This document shows, piece after piece, positions 13,961 to 26,889 of a DNA stretch of 64,000 nucleotides (positions are counted from its first letter, which is position 1; every line of letters starts with the position of its first letter). Source of the DNA: Macrostomum lignano. Taxonomy: Eukaryota. Under the pieces are notes generated by a model that saw only the letters and a program-made list of their open reading frames with translations, had not been told where the DNA came from and searched no databases. Location of the stretch: contig NIVC01001100.1 of assembly GCA_002269645.1 (NCBI GenBank), positions 124,001 to 188,000 on the forward strand, written 5' to 3'. The translations under genes were made by a program, and so were the position numbers.

Positions 13961-14150
13961 ATTACACTTAGACAATTCCGTGGACACTAGTCAATAAAAT
14001 TAGAGCATCACAGACACCCCAATGCAGTTTAATTAGATTGGAATTCTCATCCGGACACCTCAGCAAACAGAATTAGAGTCACACGGACAGCAGCCATCGA
14101 AATATTCCTGGCATTGATGCGGCTCCGGAGTCCCTAAACCGGACTTCCTG

Positions 14151-14830
14151 ATGATCCCGTGCGCCAAGTTCCGCGGCTGCCTGCTGGCCGCCCTGGCTGG
14201 CGACTGCCTCGGCGCCCAGTTCGAGTTCTCTCCTCGGCGGTCCAGCTTCCGCACTGTTTGGCTGGCGTTCGACGCCAACATGCGCGAGCGGCGCCGCTGG
14301 CCGCTGGTGTACACAGACGACACGGCGCTGACAAGGGCCGTCTGCGAGTCGCTCGTCGACTGCCGCGGTCGCGTTGAACCGGCGTCGCTGGCCCGCTCGC
14401 TCACCGACGCCTACTTTAAGGCCACCGACCGTGGCTACGGCGCGGCCGCTGGCGGCGTCTTTGAAGACCTTCGAGACGCCAACTTCGCCGATCCATTTGG
14501 CCCGGCGGCGGCTCTGTTCGAGGGGCGCGGTAGCTATGGCAACGGGGGCGCGATGCGGGCCGCCCCGCTGGGTTTGATCGGTGCTGCGGCTGCGGCGGCT
14601 CCGAACGCCGAGGAGGTGCACCTGGCCACCCGGGTCACTCATTCCAATGCGCTGGCCCTGGCCGGGGCGAGGCTCATGGCTGCGGCCGTGCGACTGGCGC
14701 TGCGCTTCGACGGCGTCGACGTGGACAGGTAAGCCGGGAGCAGCCAGCAGGATCCGGGGAAAGAGGCCTCAGTCTGGTAGTCCTTGGCTATGCGATCTGG
14801 ATTGGAAGATTGAGAGCTGAGTATTCTTGG

Positions 14831-14875
<45 letters not shown>

Positions 14876-14905
14876 CAACAAACTAAATGACTAAGTAACT
14901 GACTG

Positions 14906-14943
<38 letters not shown>

Positions 14944-14945
14944 CG

Positions 14946-15020
<75 letters not shown>

Positions 15021-15125
15021 GACTAACTAACTGACTGACTAACTAACTAACTAACCGACTAACTAACTAACTAACTAACTAACTGACTAACTAACTAACT
15101 AACTGACTGACTGACTAACTAACTG

Positions 15126-15180
<55 letters not shown>

Positions 15181-15189
15181 GACTAACTG

Positions 15190-15236
<47 letters not shown>

Positions 15237-16695
15237 GACTGACTACCTTAATTCAGGGTAGGGTGGGGGTTAAGGTTAAACATTTCCTCTATCGAGTCCA
15301 ACCGGTCAATTTGCAGACTGTACGACTCGCTCGCAGCAGAGGCGGCAGCCGCTGACACGGCTTGCGGCCTTCACGAAGGCGAAGCTTCGTCCTACACGTC
15401 TTCGATGCGCCAGGTGAAGGAGTTTCTAGGAAAGCATCCGGCCTCATCGGCTGTCGACGAAGAGGCGCGCGCGGTGGCCGGCGCCCTCGGCACGGAGGTC
15501 ACGGCGCTGCGAAGCGTGCCGACCGCCATCTACTGCGCGCTGAGGTTGGTGACGCCTTTCTGTGACTTTTCTTCGAATTCATTGATGCGGCTTGGTGAAT
15601 GGAACAAAGGAATGCTGATGAACTTTGTTTCTTGGAATCGTTTAAAGTGTAAGAAATTATCACTCTTCCTTGAGCCATGGCATCTCAGCAACTCCCCATT
15701 GAGCCATGGCATCTCAGCAACTCCCCATTGAGCCATGGCATCTCAGCAACTCCCCATTGAGCCATGGCATCTCAGCAACTCCCCATTGAGCCATGGCATC
15801 TCAGCAACTCCCCATTAAGCCATGGCATCTCAGCAACTCCCCATTGAGCCATGGCATCTCAGCAACTCCCCATTGAGCCATGGCATCTCAGCAACTCCCC
15901 TTGAGTCATGGCATCTCAGCAACTCCACCATTGTAAACCATGGCATCTCAGCAACTCCCCATTGAGTCATGGCATCTCAGCAACTCCACCATTGTAAACC
16001 ATGGCATCTCAGCAACTCCCCTTGAGTCATGGCATCTCAGCAACTCCACCATTGTAAACCATGGCATCTCAGCAACTCCCCTTGAGTCATGGCATCTCAG
16101 CAACTCCACCATTGTAAACCATGGCATCTCAGCAACTCCCCTTGAGTCATGGCATCTCAGCAACTCCACCATTGTAAACCATGGCATCTCAGCAACTCCC
16201 CTTGAGTCATGGCATCTCAGCAACTCCACCATTGTAAACCATGGCATCTCAGCAACTCCCCATTGAGTTAATCCTTATCGTAACTCTGCTCTCAACGTTT
16301 ATCGCCTCATCACCTTGATTCTTGGCTTATTAGCATCTTGGTTTGCTCTTTATTTCAAACTCAGCCCAACCCGCCTACCCTTCAGAACCCTTCGGCCAAG
16401 CCACCGCGTTCACCCGTTGATATCCGAATGGCAACCGCCTGGCAACCAGAATCCGAGCATTGATGAAGCGCTCAGCATTGAGCAGCGGCAGCAGCAGCAG
16501 CGCTTGCTCGACTGCCTGACCTTCGCTGTTTCCCTCGGCGGCGACACGGACACCATTGCCTCCATGGCCGGCGCCATTGTTGGCGCGGCGCTTGGCGCCG
16601 ACGCCCTGCCGGCTTCGCTGATGCTGGCCTGCGAAGCCAGCGACGCTGTGGACTCTCTGGCCACTCGGCTGCATAGGGTGGCCTACTCCAGCTGA
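14151..16695 (+). CDS. ADPRS: ADP-ribosylhydrolase ARH3 (ADP-ribosylglycohydrolase family); exons 14151-14728, 15317-15544, 16365-16695
   Basis: ARH3 motifs: FRGCLLAALAGDCLG, YTDDTALTRA, DRGYG, GRGSYGNGGAMRAAP, SVPTAIYC, SLGGDTDTIASMAGAIVGA. Both introns are GT-AG and phase 2 (CAG|GTAAG 14728, TTGCAG|A 15317, GAG|GTTGG 15544, CTCAG|C 16365); stop TGA at 16693-16695. Confidence 0.93.
14830..15245. repeat. (CTAA)n/(CTGA) microsatellite in ARH3 intron 1
   Basis: Direct reading. Confidence 0.97.
15675..16265. repeat. 29-nt minisatellite changing into a 60-nt dimeric unit, ARH3 intron 2
   Basis: gagccatggcatctcagcaactccccatt, then gagtcatggcatctcagcaactccaccattgtaaaccatggcatctcagcaactcccctt. Confidence 0.95.
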
Positions 16696-16732
16696 TGATG
16701 GGGTGCCTCTGTGACTGGCAGCCCTTCCTGCC

Positions 16733-16815
16733 CTCCCTTATCAGTCTCTCCCTCCCTTATCAGTCTCTCCCTTATCAGTCTCTCCCTTATCAGTCTCTCC
16801 CTTATCAGTCTCTCC
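16733..16815. repeat. Short cccttatcagtctct tandem repeat just after the ARH3 stop
   Basis: Direct reading. Confidence 0.85.
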
Positions 16816-17154
16816 CTTCTCTTCTGTCACTTCATCTGCCTACAAATTTTGCCGTAGCTTTTTGAACTACGCTTTGCCCCAAGCTTATCTTACTATACTT
16901 ACTCATACTGAAGTGCAGTTGCTGCAGGCTATTTGAGTGTATACGACTAGCATATTTTATAATCTCATACGCCTGCCGAAGCTTATGGTGTGACACGGAC
17001 AGGCTGAGGCGCAGACGGTTGTCAGTCATGGAATAATTGTGCTGCCGCTGCTTGGAGATTTGCAAAAAAATATGTTACTCAGAAAAATTTCGTATTGGCC
17101 TTTCGACTCCTGATTCAGATGGACTGGTGGACTGGACTGCAACCTCGATTGCAG

Positions 17155-18695
17155 TTGCTCAGATGACCAGGGGCTCACGGGGAATTGCTCAGATAGTTCG
17201 GGGCTCAGGGGGAATTGCTCAGATCTTTAGCGGCTCACGGGGAATTTCTCAGGTGGTAAGGGCTCAGGGGGAGTTGCTCAGATGGTTAGAGGCTCACGGG
17301 GAATTGCTCAGATGGTTAGAGGCTCACGGGGAATTGCTCAGATGGCCAGAGGCTCACAGGGAATTGCTCAGATGGCCAGAGGCTCACAGGGAATTGCTCA
17401 GATGGCCAGAGGCTCACTAGGGAATTGCTCAGATGGCCAGAGGCTCACTAGGGAATTGCTCAGATGGCCAGAGGCTCACAGGGAATTGCTCAGATGGCCA
17501 GAGGCTCACAGGGAATTGCTCAGATGGCCAGAGGCTCACAGGGAATTGCTCAGATGGCCAGAGGCTCACTAGGGAATTGCTCAGATGGCCAGAGGCTCAC
17601 AGGGAATTGCTCAGATGGCCAGAGGCTCACAGGGAATTGGTCAGATGGCCTGAGGCTCACAGGGAATTGCTCAGATGGTTAGCGGCTCAGGGGAGTTGCT
17701 CAGGTGGTTAGAGGCTCACGGGGAATTGCTCAGATGGTTAGCGGCTCATGGGGAATTTCTCAAATAAGCAGGGGCTCACGGGGAATTGCTCAGATGGCCA
17801 GAGGCTCACGGGGAATTGCTCAGATGGTTAGAGGCTCACGGGGAATTGCTCAGATGGCCAGAGGCTCACAGGGAATTGCTCAGATGGCCAGAGGCTCACA
17901 GGGAATTGCTCAGATGGCCAGAGGCTCACAGGGAATTGCTCAGATGGCCAGAGGCTCACTAGGGAATTGCTCAGATGGCCAGAGGCTCACTAGGGAATTG
18001 CTCAGATGGCCAGAGGCTCACAGGGAATTGCTCAGATGGCCAGAGGCTCACAGGGAATTGCTCAGATGGCCAGAGGCTCACAGGGAATTGCTCAGATGGC
18101 CAGAGGCTCACTAGGGAATTGCTCAGATGGTTAGCGGCTCAGAGGAGTTGCTCAGGTGGTTAGAGGCTCACGGGGAATTGCTCAGATGGTTAGCGGCTCA
18201 TGGGGAATTTCTCAAATAAGCAGGGGCTCACGGGGAATTGCTCAGATGGCCAGAGGCTCACAGGGAATTGCTCAGATGGCCAGAGGCTCACAGGGAATTG
18301 CTCAGATGGCCAGAGGCTCACAGGGAATTGCTTAGATGGCCAGAGGCTCACAGGGAATTGGTCAGATGGCCTGAGGCTCACAGGGAATTGCTCAGATGGT
18401 TAGCGGCTCAGGGGAGTTGCTCAGGTGGTTAGAGGCTCACGGGGAATTGCTCAGATGGTTAGCGGCTCATGGGGAATTTCTCAAATAAGCAGGGGCTCAC
18501 GGGGAATTGCTCAGATGGCCAGAGGCTCACAGGGAATTGCTCAGATGGCCAGAGGCTCACAGGGAATTGCTTAGATGGCCAGAGGCTCATGGGGAATTGC
18601 TCAGATGGGCGGGGGCTCACGGGGAATTGCTCAGATAACCAGGGACTCACAGGGAATTACTCAGATGACCAGGGGCTCGCGGGGAATCACTCGGA
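17155..18695. repeat. 30-nt minisatellite (ggctcacagggaattgctcagatggccaga) with recurring variant blocks
   Basis: Direct reading; 31-nt variants shift the frame. Confidence 0.95.
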
Positions 18696-20179
18696 TGACT
18701 AATTTTGCGAGCAAAATTTATCTGTTATTTTGTTATAATGCTTTAGATTTTTATTTAGCTGCTGTTGTATATTATAATTACGAGCTACAATACATTTTGA
18801 TATATTGGTAATTAACAGAAAAAGTAAACGACTCGATCACGGATCGGTGATGTTTTGTTTTTATTTTGCGATCCTACGTCAGACTCTTAGTTCAGTGACT
18901 GTCCGTGCAGCTCAGGTTTATCTAATATTTATACAACTCCAGGCTCGGCAACTGCAGCGAAAAGCTGTAAGATTAATCGGGTTGGCCAGAAGCCAGTTAT
19001 ATGCAGACAGTAGATGTAGGCTTTAGTAGCTTCCGACAACCTGTCTATTGTGCCTGTCATGCGACCCCGCGTCTGCTAGCACGAGGTAGCGTATGGGCTT
19101 AAGCCCGGCCCGTGAGCCAGCTGCAGCACAGTAATAAAATAAAGGCTAGGTAGACCCCCAAATCCCCAATTAATCTGTCTGCGCCAGACTCCTCACCTGA
19201 CCTGAGTTCTCTGTCTTTTGTGGGGTGTAGGAGTTGAGGCCCAATGATTCTGTTCCCAATGCTTTGGCTCGCCCAGTACATCTGTTTATCATCCTCTCTC
19301 TCTCTGTAGAACCGCTTCCGGTCTAGCTAATTAATTAATCGTTCAAATTTTCATCTATTTATCGATTTGTTTATATCCCCGTGTTGTGTGTGTGTGTGTG
19401 TGTGCTTTCTGGGGCGTAGACCCAAATCATTTTTCGATTCATCTTGCAGCAAGATTTGGTCTATCCATACGTACTTTTTTCGGTTAGAGTTCGACATTTG
19501 AGTTAGAGTTAAAAGCAGTCTAAGTCAAGATACACACGCTGAGCTCCAGTTTGCCCTGGTGTAAGGTAGCAGCTCTTAACTGTGGTAAATATGGGGTTGG
19601 ATCTTCAGTCCACAATCTCAGCACTGTTACCAAACCGTACATCCTTAAAATTTGAATTTCAAAAATCGGAATTTTAATCCGGAAGGATAGTCAGGACTCC
19701 TCATTGGAGAGGGTGGCGCCATGTCATTTTCACTGGGCGGTATCATTACTCTGGCAGCCGACTGCCGGAGCCTGGCAACGCGCCTAAATAAATCGGCAAG
19801 TGACAACAACAGTTTTCTTTTTTGCAGATCACAATGAAATTTTATTGCGAATCCTTCATTCGGTTGGTTTGTTATCAGTGAATTCGCAGCTGGTTTATTA
19901 TTTAACTCTGTTAGGGGGATTAAAACGTTAAACTGCATCTTTCAAATGGACAAAATGTTCTGGAAACACATCGGATCTATGGTTCCATGGGCTTGAATCG
20001 AGTGACGAAAAATCAACTTCAGTTATTCTTCCAGTGTGTTAGGGACTCTGCGTGTTCTTTCATCCGTTGGCTGCTTGTCCGCGTTTTCCCGATCTGAAAT
20101 TATAGTTTATCGAATTTTTAAGGACATATGCTTCCCTGGTCTGTACTACTCAGCTATGTTTCTTACACGAATTGGAACT

Positions 20180-20750
20180 TCACTTGGACCTGAAGCCATC
20201 ACCGAGCCACTTCTTGGACCTGAAGCCATCACCGAGCCACTTCTTAGACCTGAAGCCATCACCGAGCCACTTCTTGGACCTGAAGCCATCACCGATCCAC
20301 TTCTTAGACCTGAAGCCATCACCGAGCCACTTCTTGGACCTGAAGCCATCGCCGAGCCACTTCTTGGACCTGAAGCCATCACCGATCCACTTCTTGGACC
20401 TGAAGCCATCACCGATCCACTTCTTTGACCTGAAGCCATCGCCGAGCCACTTCTTAGACCTGAAGCCATCACCGATCCACTTCTTGGACCTGAAGCCATC
20501 ACCGATCCACTTCTTAGACCTGAAGCCATCGCCGAGCCACTTCTTGGACCTGAAGCCATCACCGATCCACTTCTTGGACCTGAAGCCATCACCGATCCAC
20601 TTCTTAGACCTGAAGCCATCGCCGAGCCACTTCTTGGACCTGAAGCCATCACCGATCCACTTCTTGGACCTGAAGCCATCACCGATCCACTTCTTTGACC
20701 TGAAGCCATCGCCGAGCCACTTCTTAGACCTGAAGCCATCGCCGATCCAC
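20180..20750. repeat. 30-nt minisatellite (cttggacctgaagccatcaccgagccactt), about 19 copies
   Basis: Direct reading. Confidence 0.95.
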
Positions 20751-22851
20751 TTTTTAGTCAGGCGTTCGTCGTCATCATAGCCAGAAACTTCGTGGCTGGA
20801 ACTTTCCTGAAAGGTGTTTTGTTTTCAGTTGTAAATTTGTACTATCGGTTTTCATTCAACTCAAATATCAATCCGCTCACAAGAATGATCGGTAATAATA
20901 ACAGAAAGCTTACCAGCTTTTCGGAGAAGACCAGCGTACCACTCAGAGCCACTGTAATGAGAGATTGGGTGACCAGATATTTAAATTTAAGAGGTTATGC
21001 AAATTTTAGTCCATTTCTAAAAAAAATTCGAATATATAATTCTGCGCTGCAACGCAGAAGTCCTGTTCTACAGTTAAGAGAGAGGCTCAATACAGAATCA
21101 CGCTATAGAACACAGTTCTTTCTCTCCATCTCTCTGGCACACACAGATTTATTTCATGCAATCTGGATGGGCTGAGATAAATCCTCTCTCTTGAGTTCAT
21201 CTCTGAGCGAAAGCGAACAGGCGCGTGTTGACTGAGCAGTCGAACATCGAGACAGATGGCCGAAAGAAAGACACATGCCGTTTCTTTCGGGCTTCGCACC
21301 CGGGAAGTAGGTAGAGGTTTACGTAAGTCCTGTGCAACCGTGCAGATATTCGCAGTAATATAATATTTACGAGTAATTAGAGTGTTAATATTTGCTCTGC
21401 AGAAATGCTCCGGGATTGCGCGAATCTACTATAGCAGCATCCTATAGTGTCCATCTAGCAGTGAAATATTTAGCTAATGAAATTCCATACGACTCAGTGG
21501 TTTATGAATAAATGCAAATCGTTCAAAATTAACGCAAAGACACGCAAGTTGTCCCGAAATTCGAATATGGAAGCCAACTGTTCATAGAACTTTGCAACTG
21601 GTTAGCCGCTCACATCTCGCATCCGCTTTCCTTTGTATCATGTGTCTTCAAATATCCCGATCTCTCCCTGCATCAGCGATGACCTTGGAGACTTTCTGCT
21701 AGCAGTACAAAGAAAGACACACTGGCAGATGAGAGAGGAAGTGCGCCAGTGTGGGGGGAAGTGGAAGGCAAGAATGGCCTGCTCTGAAAGCCAGATTGAT
21801 GACTCTTGACGGCAGCTCGCAGCGGCTAATGGAAGGGAAAGCAATGAATCGGGGGCGCCCGAGTCACTAGCCAAGCTTTAGTGATTCAGCACTCTGACGT
21901 CGCATCTGGTTCTGCCTTTTACCCTCTCACCTTCGCTGCACACTAATGCTTTCAGTTTTGCTTTTGCTGTTTCATAGACAGAGCAATACTAATATTGCTT
22001 GCACTTTTTTCAAGCCGCTTTGCTAGGATAAATCGCTATGGCTAAACTCGATACCGGATTAGTTCGAACTACCCCCTAGTAACAAAATACTCGTAGCTGA
22101 AAGTCTATCAGCTAACTCAACATTCCAGAATCATTGCAGACTCTGAGCTGTCTGTGCGCTCAGAAGAGACTTTGCTAGGCATGGTAAAACTCACCGCAGA
22201 GGCACAGCATCAGAGCAGACATTGGCGCCATGGCTTAAGCTTTCGCTCCTGTTACCGCACTCTACTTGATTTGCTATGCGCTTCAAAAATGCAATAAATC
22301 AAAGCCTTCCAGCTTGACACGCGGTGAGCAAAAACCTTTTACACCCGGCTATGCCGGCTGTCTCTTATCGGTCGAGTGCGGCTCCACGGCTCAACCTGAT
22401 TGGACCGTCCACAGCCTGTCTCGCTTTGCTTATTCCACCTCTCCACCACCCGCACGGAGCGGTCCTATTGGCAGGAGATCGGAGGTCGACACTTTTTTGT
22501 TGCCAAATTTTGATAATCGTTGTTTAATTTGGAGAGAGACAGAGCCAGGAGTTGTTTAGCTTCAGCAGTCAGTTTCAGCCAATCAATTAATTAATATGCT
22601 ATGTCACTATGGGTTCTTAACTTTGAGTAAGCGCAGTAGCGTCTCCATGTCTGCTTTTGAAGCACTGATAAGAAATTCTTCATAACATCTGCATGTATAT
22701 GGAAACGTTAGTTTAATTAATTCAATTAGTTCAATTTATCAAGATATTTCATTTCATATGATTAACCTTATGTTATGAGCAGGCGGATGATTAACCTTAT
22801 GAGCAGACGGAGGATAAGCCTTATTAGAGCAGTTGGTGGTTTCTTTGAAGA

Positions 22852-23142
22852 GGTTCTAGCCTAGTGGTTGGAGCGTCGGACTCACGACTGGAAGGTCGGG
22901 GGTTCGATTCCCTATCCCACTCGGAGCAATTTGTGTCCTTGAGCAAGACACTCACTCTGCATTTCTTCAGTTCACCCAGCTGTAAACTGGGTGCCAGCAT
23001 TAGCTGGGGTAATTGAGGGTGTGTGGCGACCCCCCAGTCCTTGGACTGAACAGCCGTACGCAGCCTTCAGATGCGCCGCGCAATAGCTGCGGCTGAGCTG
23101 TCGGTTGCACATCTGCCCAATAGGGCAATTATAATCAATTAT
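22852..23142 (+). mobile_element. tRNA-derived SINE with a CORE(MIR)-like central domain, full length
   Basis: A box TAGCCTAGTGG and B box GGTTCGATTCC, then tgtgtccttgagcaagacact..cagttcacccagctgtaaactggg, which resembles the MIR CORE consensus. AT-rich tail; two more copies nearby. Confidence 0.85.
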
Positions 23143-23954
23143 GCCTTCTGCTCCTCTTTAGAATTTCTATTTCTATTGGCTAGACTCATGCTGGATCACA
23201 GTTAATTAAATAATTCAATGATTGAAAATCATGGCTAAAAGGAAATTACTATATTCGACTAGGTTTGAGTTTGAGCAGCAAAATTAGCTCGTAGGATGAG
23301 GCACCCCGGATTCAAACAGGTGCAAAGCACTAGCTGGTGACTGCATGGTTCCTCCTAATGGATGCCACTCGCCCCACAATGCGGACCAGTCAATACATTG
23401 GCTGACTTCTCACTCGGCCTCTACTAAAAGCGTCAGGAAGCAGCGCTGGCGCCCACAGATCCCTCAGTGTCAGCTAGGTCTTCTCTCTAATGGAAATTTG
23501 TTCTGCAATAAATATAAAAAGCAGTCTGCATCGCTGCCAAACACTGGATGGATGGGGGCGGGGCGGTGTGCTCTGAGAGGAGATATATACGTAGGTCGTA
23601 GTTACATAAATGCTGGCTGAGGTGTTCCAAAACTTGCACTGAAGTACACCCTACCGTGCAGTAGATTTTCTGATCAATTTTTTCTTTGCATATCATCAGT
23701 CTCCGCTGCGCTCAGGGACTCTCTGCTCAAATATTGGTGCTGACCGAGCCCAATGGCTATAATGTGTATATATAGAAATGCAGCTCGCCAGGTAGTGGGC
23801 TGCTTTAGTGAGAAATTAATTTCTCTGTTTGTTGACTTGTCAGTTGCAGCGGGTATTCGCACCGTTGGACAGATATGGGCATAAATGGAATAGCGATGGA
23901 AATGGCCTAATTTATTTGGGATGAGAACTGCTGCGTGTAAATGTGAAATACAGA

Positions 23955-24378
23955 TCGTGATTAAACACAGTGCAGATAGTGAATAAACAGTGCAGATCGT
24001 GAATGAACAACAATGGACATTGTGAATGAGCAATGCAGATAGTGAATAAACAGTGCAGATCGTGAATGAACAACAATGGACATTGTGAATGAGCAATGCA
24101 GATAGTGAATAAACAGTGCAGATCGTGAATGAACAACAATGGACATTGTGAATGAGCAATGCAGATAGTGAATAACAGTGCAGATCGTGAATGAACAACA
24201 ATGGACATTTTGAATGAGCAATGCAGATCGTGAATGAGCAATACAAATCGTGAATAAACAGTGCAGAGCGTGAATGAACAATTCACATCGTGAATGAACA
24301 ATTCACATCGTGAATGAACAATGCACATCGTGAATGAACAGTTTACATCGTGAATGAACAATGCAGATCGTGAATGAA
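23955..24378. repeat. cgtgaatgaaca-based repeat (about 20-nt subunits, 63-nt trimer)
   Basis: Direct reading. Confidence 0.9.
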
Positions 24379-25227
24379 AAAATGAATTAAGTGAAAGAGA
24401 AAGGCGCGAAGATGGCTAGGTGAGTGAGAACGGCTGGCCATTACTCTGAAGCACTGTGTATTGCAATGAAGTGCTGTTGAGCGCTGGTGGAGCGAGACGG
24501 TTGCCTCATTATTTCTACTTCTTGCTGTGTGATATGGCTGGATTGGTCGCGAGAAGCAATAGAGAAATTCATTTGTTTCGGAGAAGCAGCTCGGGGTAAC
24601 AGGCTTCCTACTCTGCATTGTAACTTTCATTGCACTTCGTGTTTTGCTGCTCTCCTAAAGTGACCTCCTCAGCCACTCTCTCCTCTTCTCAGGGCTGCAT
24701 TAGTTTTTGTTCCTATCGCTCAGGCCCGGGATTTGTCCCAGACTAAACCCTTCTAAGCAAACTACACATCTTAACCGTCTGCCCCATCCTTACAGCATCC
24801 TGCCTAACATCCGGCACTGCAACCCTCCCTGTTCGTCTTTTCCTATCTCCGGCTCCCAACTCCCATTGTTGCCAGAGGGGAAGCTCGGCTTTTTACTGAA
24901 AAAAGACGAAAATTTGAGGAAAAATTTCCCGCGCAAAGCAAACATCCGCTCCTCGCCGTGTGGACCAGGCCCAGGTCGCTTCTGACAATGCCAGGCTCTC
25001 CCCTGCTTCTGCTTTCAGCAATAATTTCCTTTATTGTCCAGAGCTTCTTTCGGAAGCAATTATTGCAGCTCCTCTCTGACTAAAAGATTCAAATCATTGT
25101 TCAGATGTTTTTATAAATAGAAATAAGGGGGCTAGGGAATGTGTTCTAATTAGCTTTAGCAGGTAGGGAGGGGACGAGTGGAGCTTCCTAATTAATATAA
25201 GTTCTGTACGTGTCTTGTTCCGTACGG

Positions 25228-25496
25228 AATAATAATATAATTATAATAACTGATTACACCTGCCCTAATGGACAGATGTGCAACCGACAGCTCAGCCGCA
25301 GCTATTGCGCGGCGCATCTGAAGGCTGCGTACGGCTGTTCAGTCCAAGGATTGGGGGGTCGCCACACACCCTCAATTACCGCAGCTAATGTTGGCACCCA
25401 TTTTACAGCTGAGTGAACTGAAGCAATGCAGAGTTAAGTGTCTTGCTCAAGGACACAAATTGCTCCGAGTGGGATCGGGAATCGAACCCCCGACCT
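25228..25496 (-). mobile_element. Same SINE family, 5'-truncated copy
   Basis: Reverse complement matches 22895-23140 from the B box onward; (TTA)-rich tail at about 25228-25250. Confidence 0.85.
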
Positions 25497-25537
25497 CAGA
25501 ACGCGAAACTGATAAGTAAACAAATAAGTATGAGAGT

Positions 25538-25968
25538 TCATGGGTTCCTGAGTTCATGAGTTCCTGAATTCATGAGTTCCTGAGTTCATGAGTTCCTGGG
25601 TTCATGAGTTCATGAGTTCATGGGTTCCTGAGTTCATGGGTTCCTGAGTTCATGGGTTCCTGAGTTCATGGGTTCCTGAGTTCATGGGTTCCTGAGTTCA
25701 TGAGTTCCTGGGTTCATGAGTTCATGAGTTCATGGGTTCCTGAGTTCATGGGTTCCTGAGTTCATGGGTTCCTGAGTTCATGGGTTCCTGAGTTCATGGG
25801 TTCCTGAGTTCATGGGTTCCTGAGTTCCTGAGTTCCTGAGTTCATGGGTTCCTGAGTTCCTGAGGTTATGAGTTCATGAGTTCATGAGTTCATGGGTTCC
25901 TGAGTTCATGGGTTCCTGAGTTCCTGAGGTTATGAGTTCATGAGTTCATGAGTTCATGGGTTCCTGAA
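25538..25968. repeat. 16-nt/8-nt repeat (gagttcatgggttcct)
   Basis: Direct reading. Confidence 0.95.
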
Positions 25969-26889
25969 TTATTTAAATAGCCCTTAAAAACTGCATCGCT
26001 AATTGCTTGGCCATAGTTTAATTGGCTACGTAAAATCTGCTCAAAAAGAGCATCTCTCAGCCGCAGATCTGTCCCCTCTGCGTAGATTTTAATTGACTGT
26101 TCGTCATTTCTGTTCCCGGGGATTATAAAGCCTGTGACGGTTGGGGGGTCTTTCTTCTTGAAACTAAAAATGATAGCTGGGGAATGGTGCTAATAATAAT
26201 TACCTTCGTGTGGCCGCAGTCCCACCTGTCTGCCTGTTTAAGGAAACCGTTAGTCGACTGGATTCGAGATTAAAAACCTCCACTAGGTTTAAAAAATTGG
26301 TTGTCAATTTATTAACTGATGGTTGATGAGTAAGAAGATTGGCTGACTTCACAAACGACGAAGTTTTATTAATAGAAATATCTTGTAGCGGGCGGCCCGC
26401 CAAGCCTCTCTATCTGACCCTCTGGTCCTTTGAAACTTCACAATAGCAATCCGGCCCGCTCAAGCCAAGGTTGGTGTCGCTTTTCAGCTCTCTTCTCTCT
26501 CCAATCTCCTCTCCTCTCCTCTCCCCTATATTCTCTCTTCTATCCCTTGTTCTATCCTTTCTCCTCTTCTCTCTCCTCTTCTCTTCTCTCCTCTCTCGGG
26601 CCCGGGAGATAGAGTTTGCCAACGGCCCTGCTAAAAAAGTCCGTATTCAATGGTAGCTACAAAAGGAAAATGATCATTTAGCCTAGAGAAATTTACGCCT
26701 AAAAGTTTCAATGTAAACTATTTTTTTTTCAAAATAAATGAACTGAACTTATATAAGGTTTAATTAGAGTCTTCGACTTTCATCTCTTTTAGACTACGAG
26801 TATCTTAATTGTACTAAAAGTGACGCGATTATGAGTGTAATCCGGACAAGAATTACACTAAGTTTGGCGGATTATTTGCTGGTCCTGCC

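Noticed and set aside
14830-15245. Interstitial telomeric repeat
   Set aside because: The unit is TTAG/CTAA, not TTAGGG or TTAGG.
19415-19466. Short hairpin as a pre-miRNA
   Set aside because: The outer stem is only about 12 bp with a large internal loop; insufficient support.
22852-22925. tRNA gene
   Set aside because: A and B boxes are present but no acceptor-stem closure; it continues into a SINE body seen in three copies.
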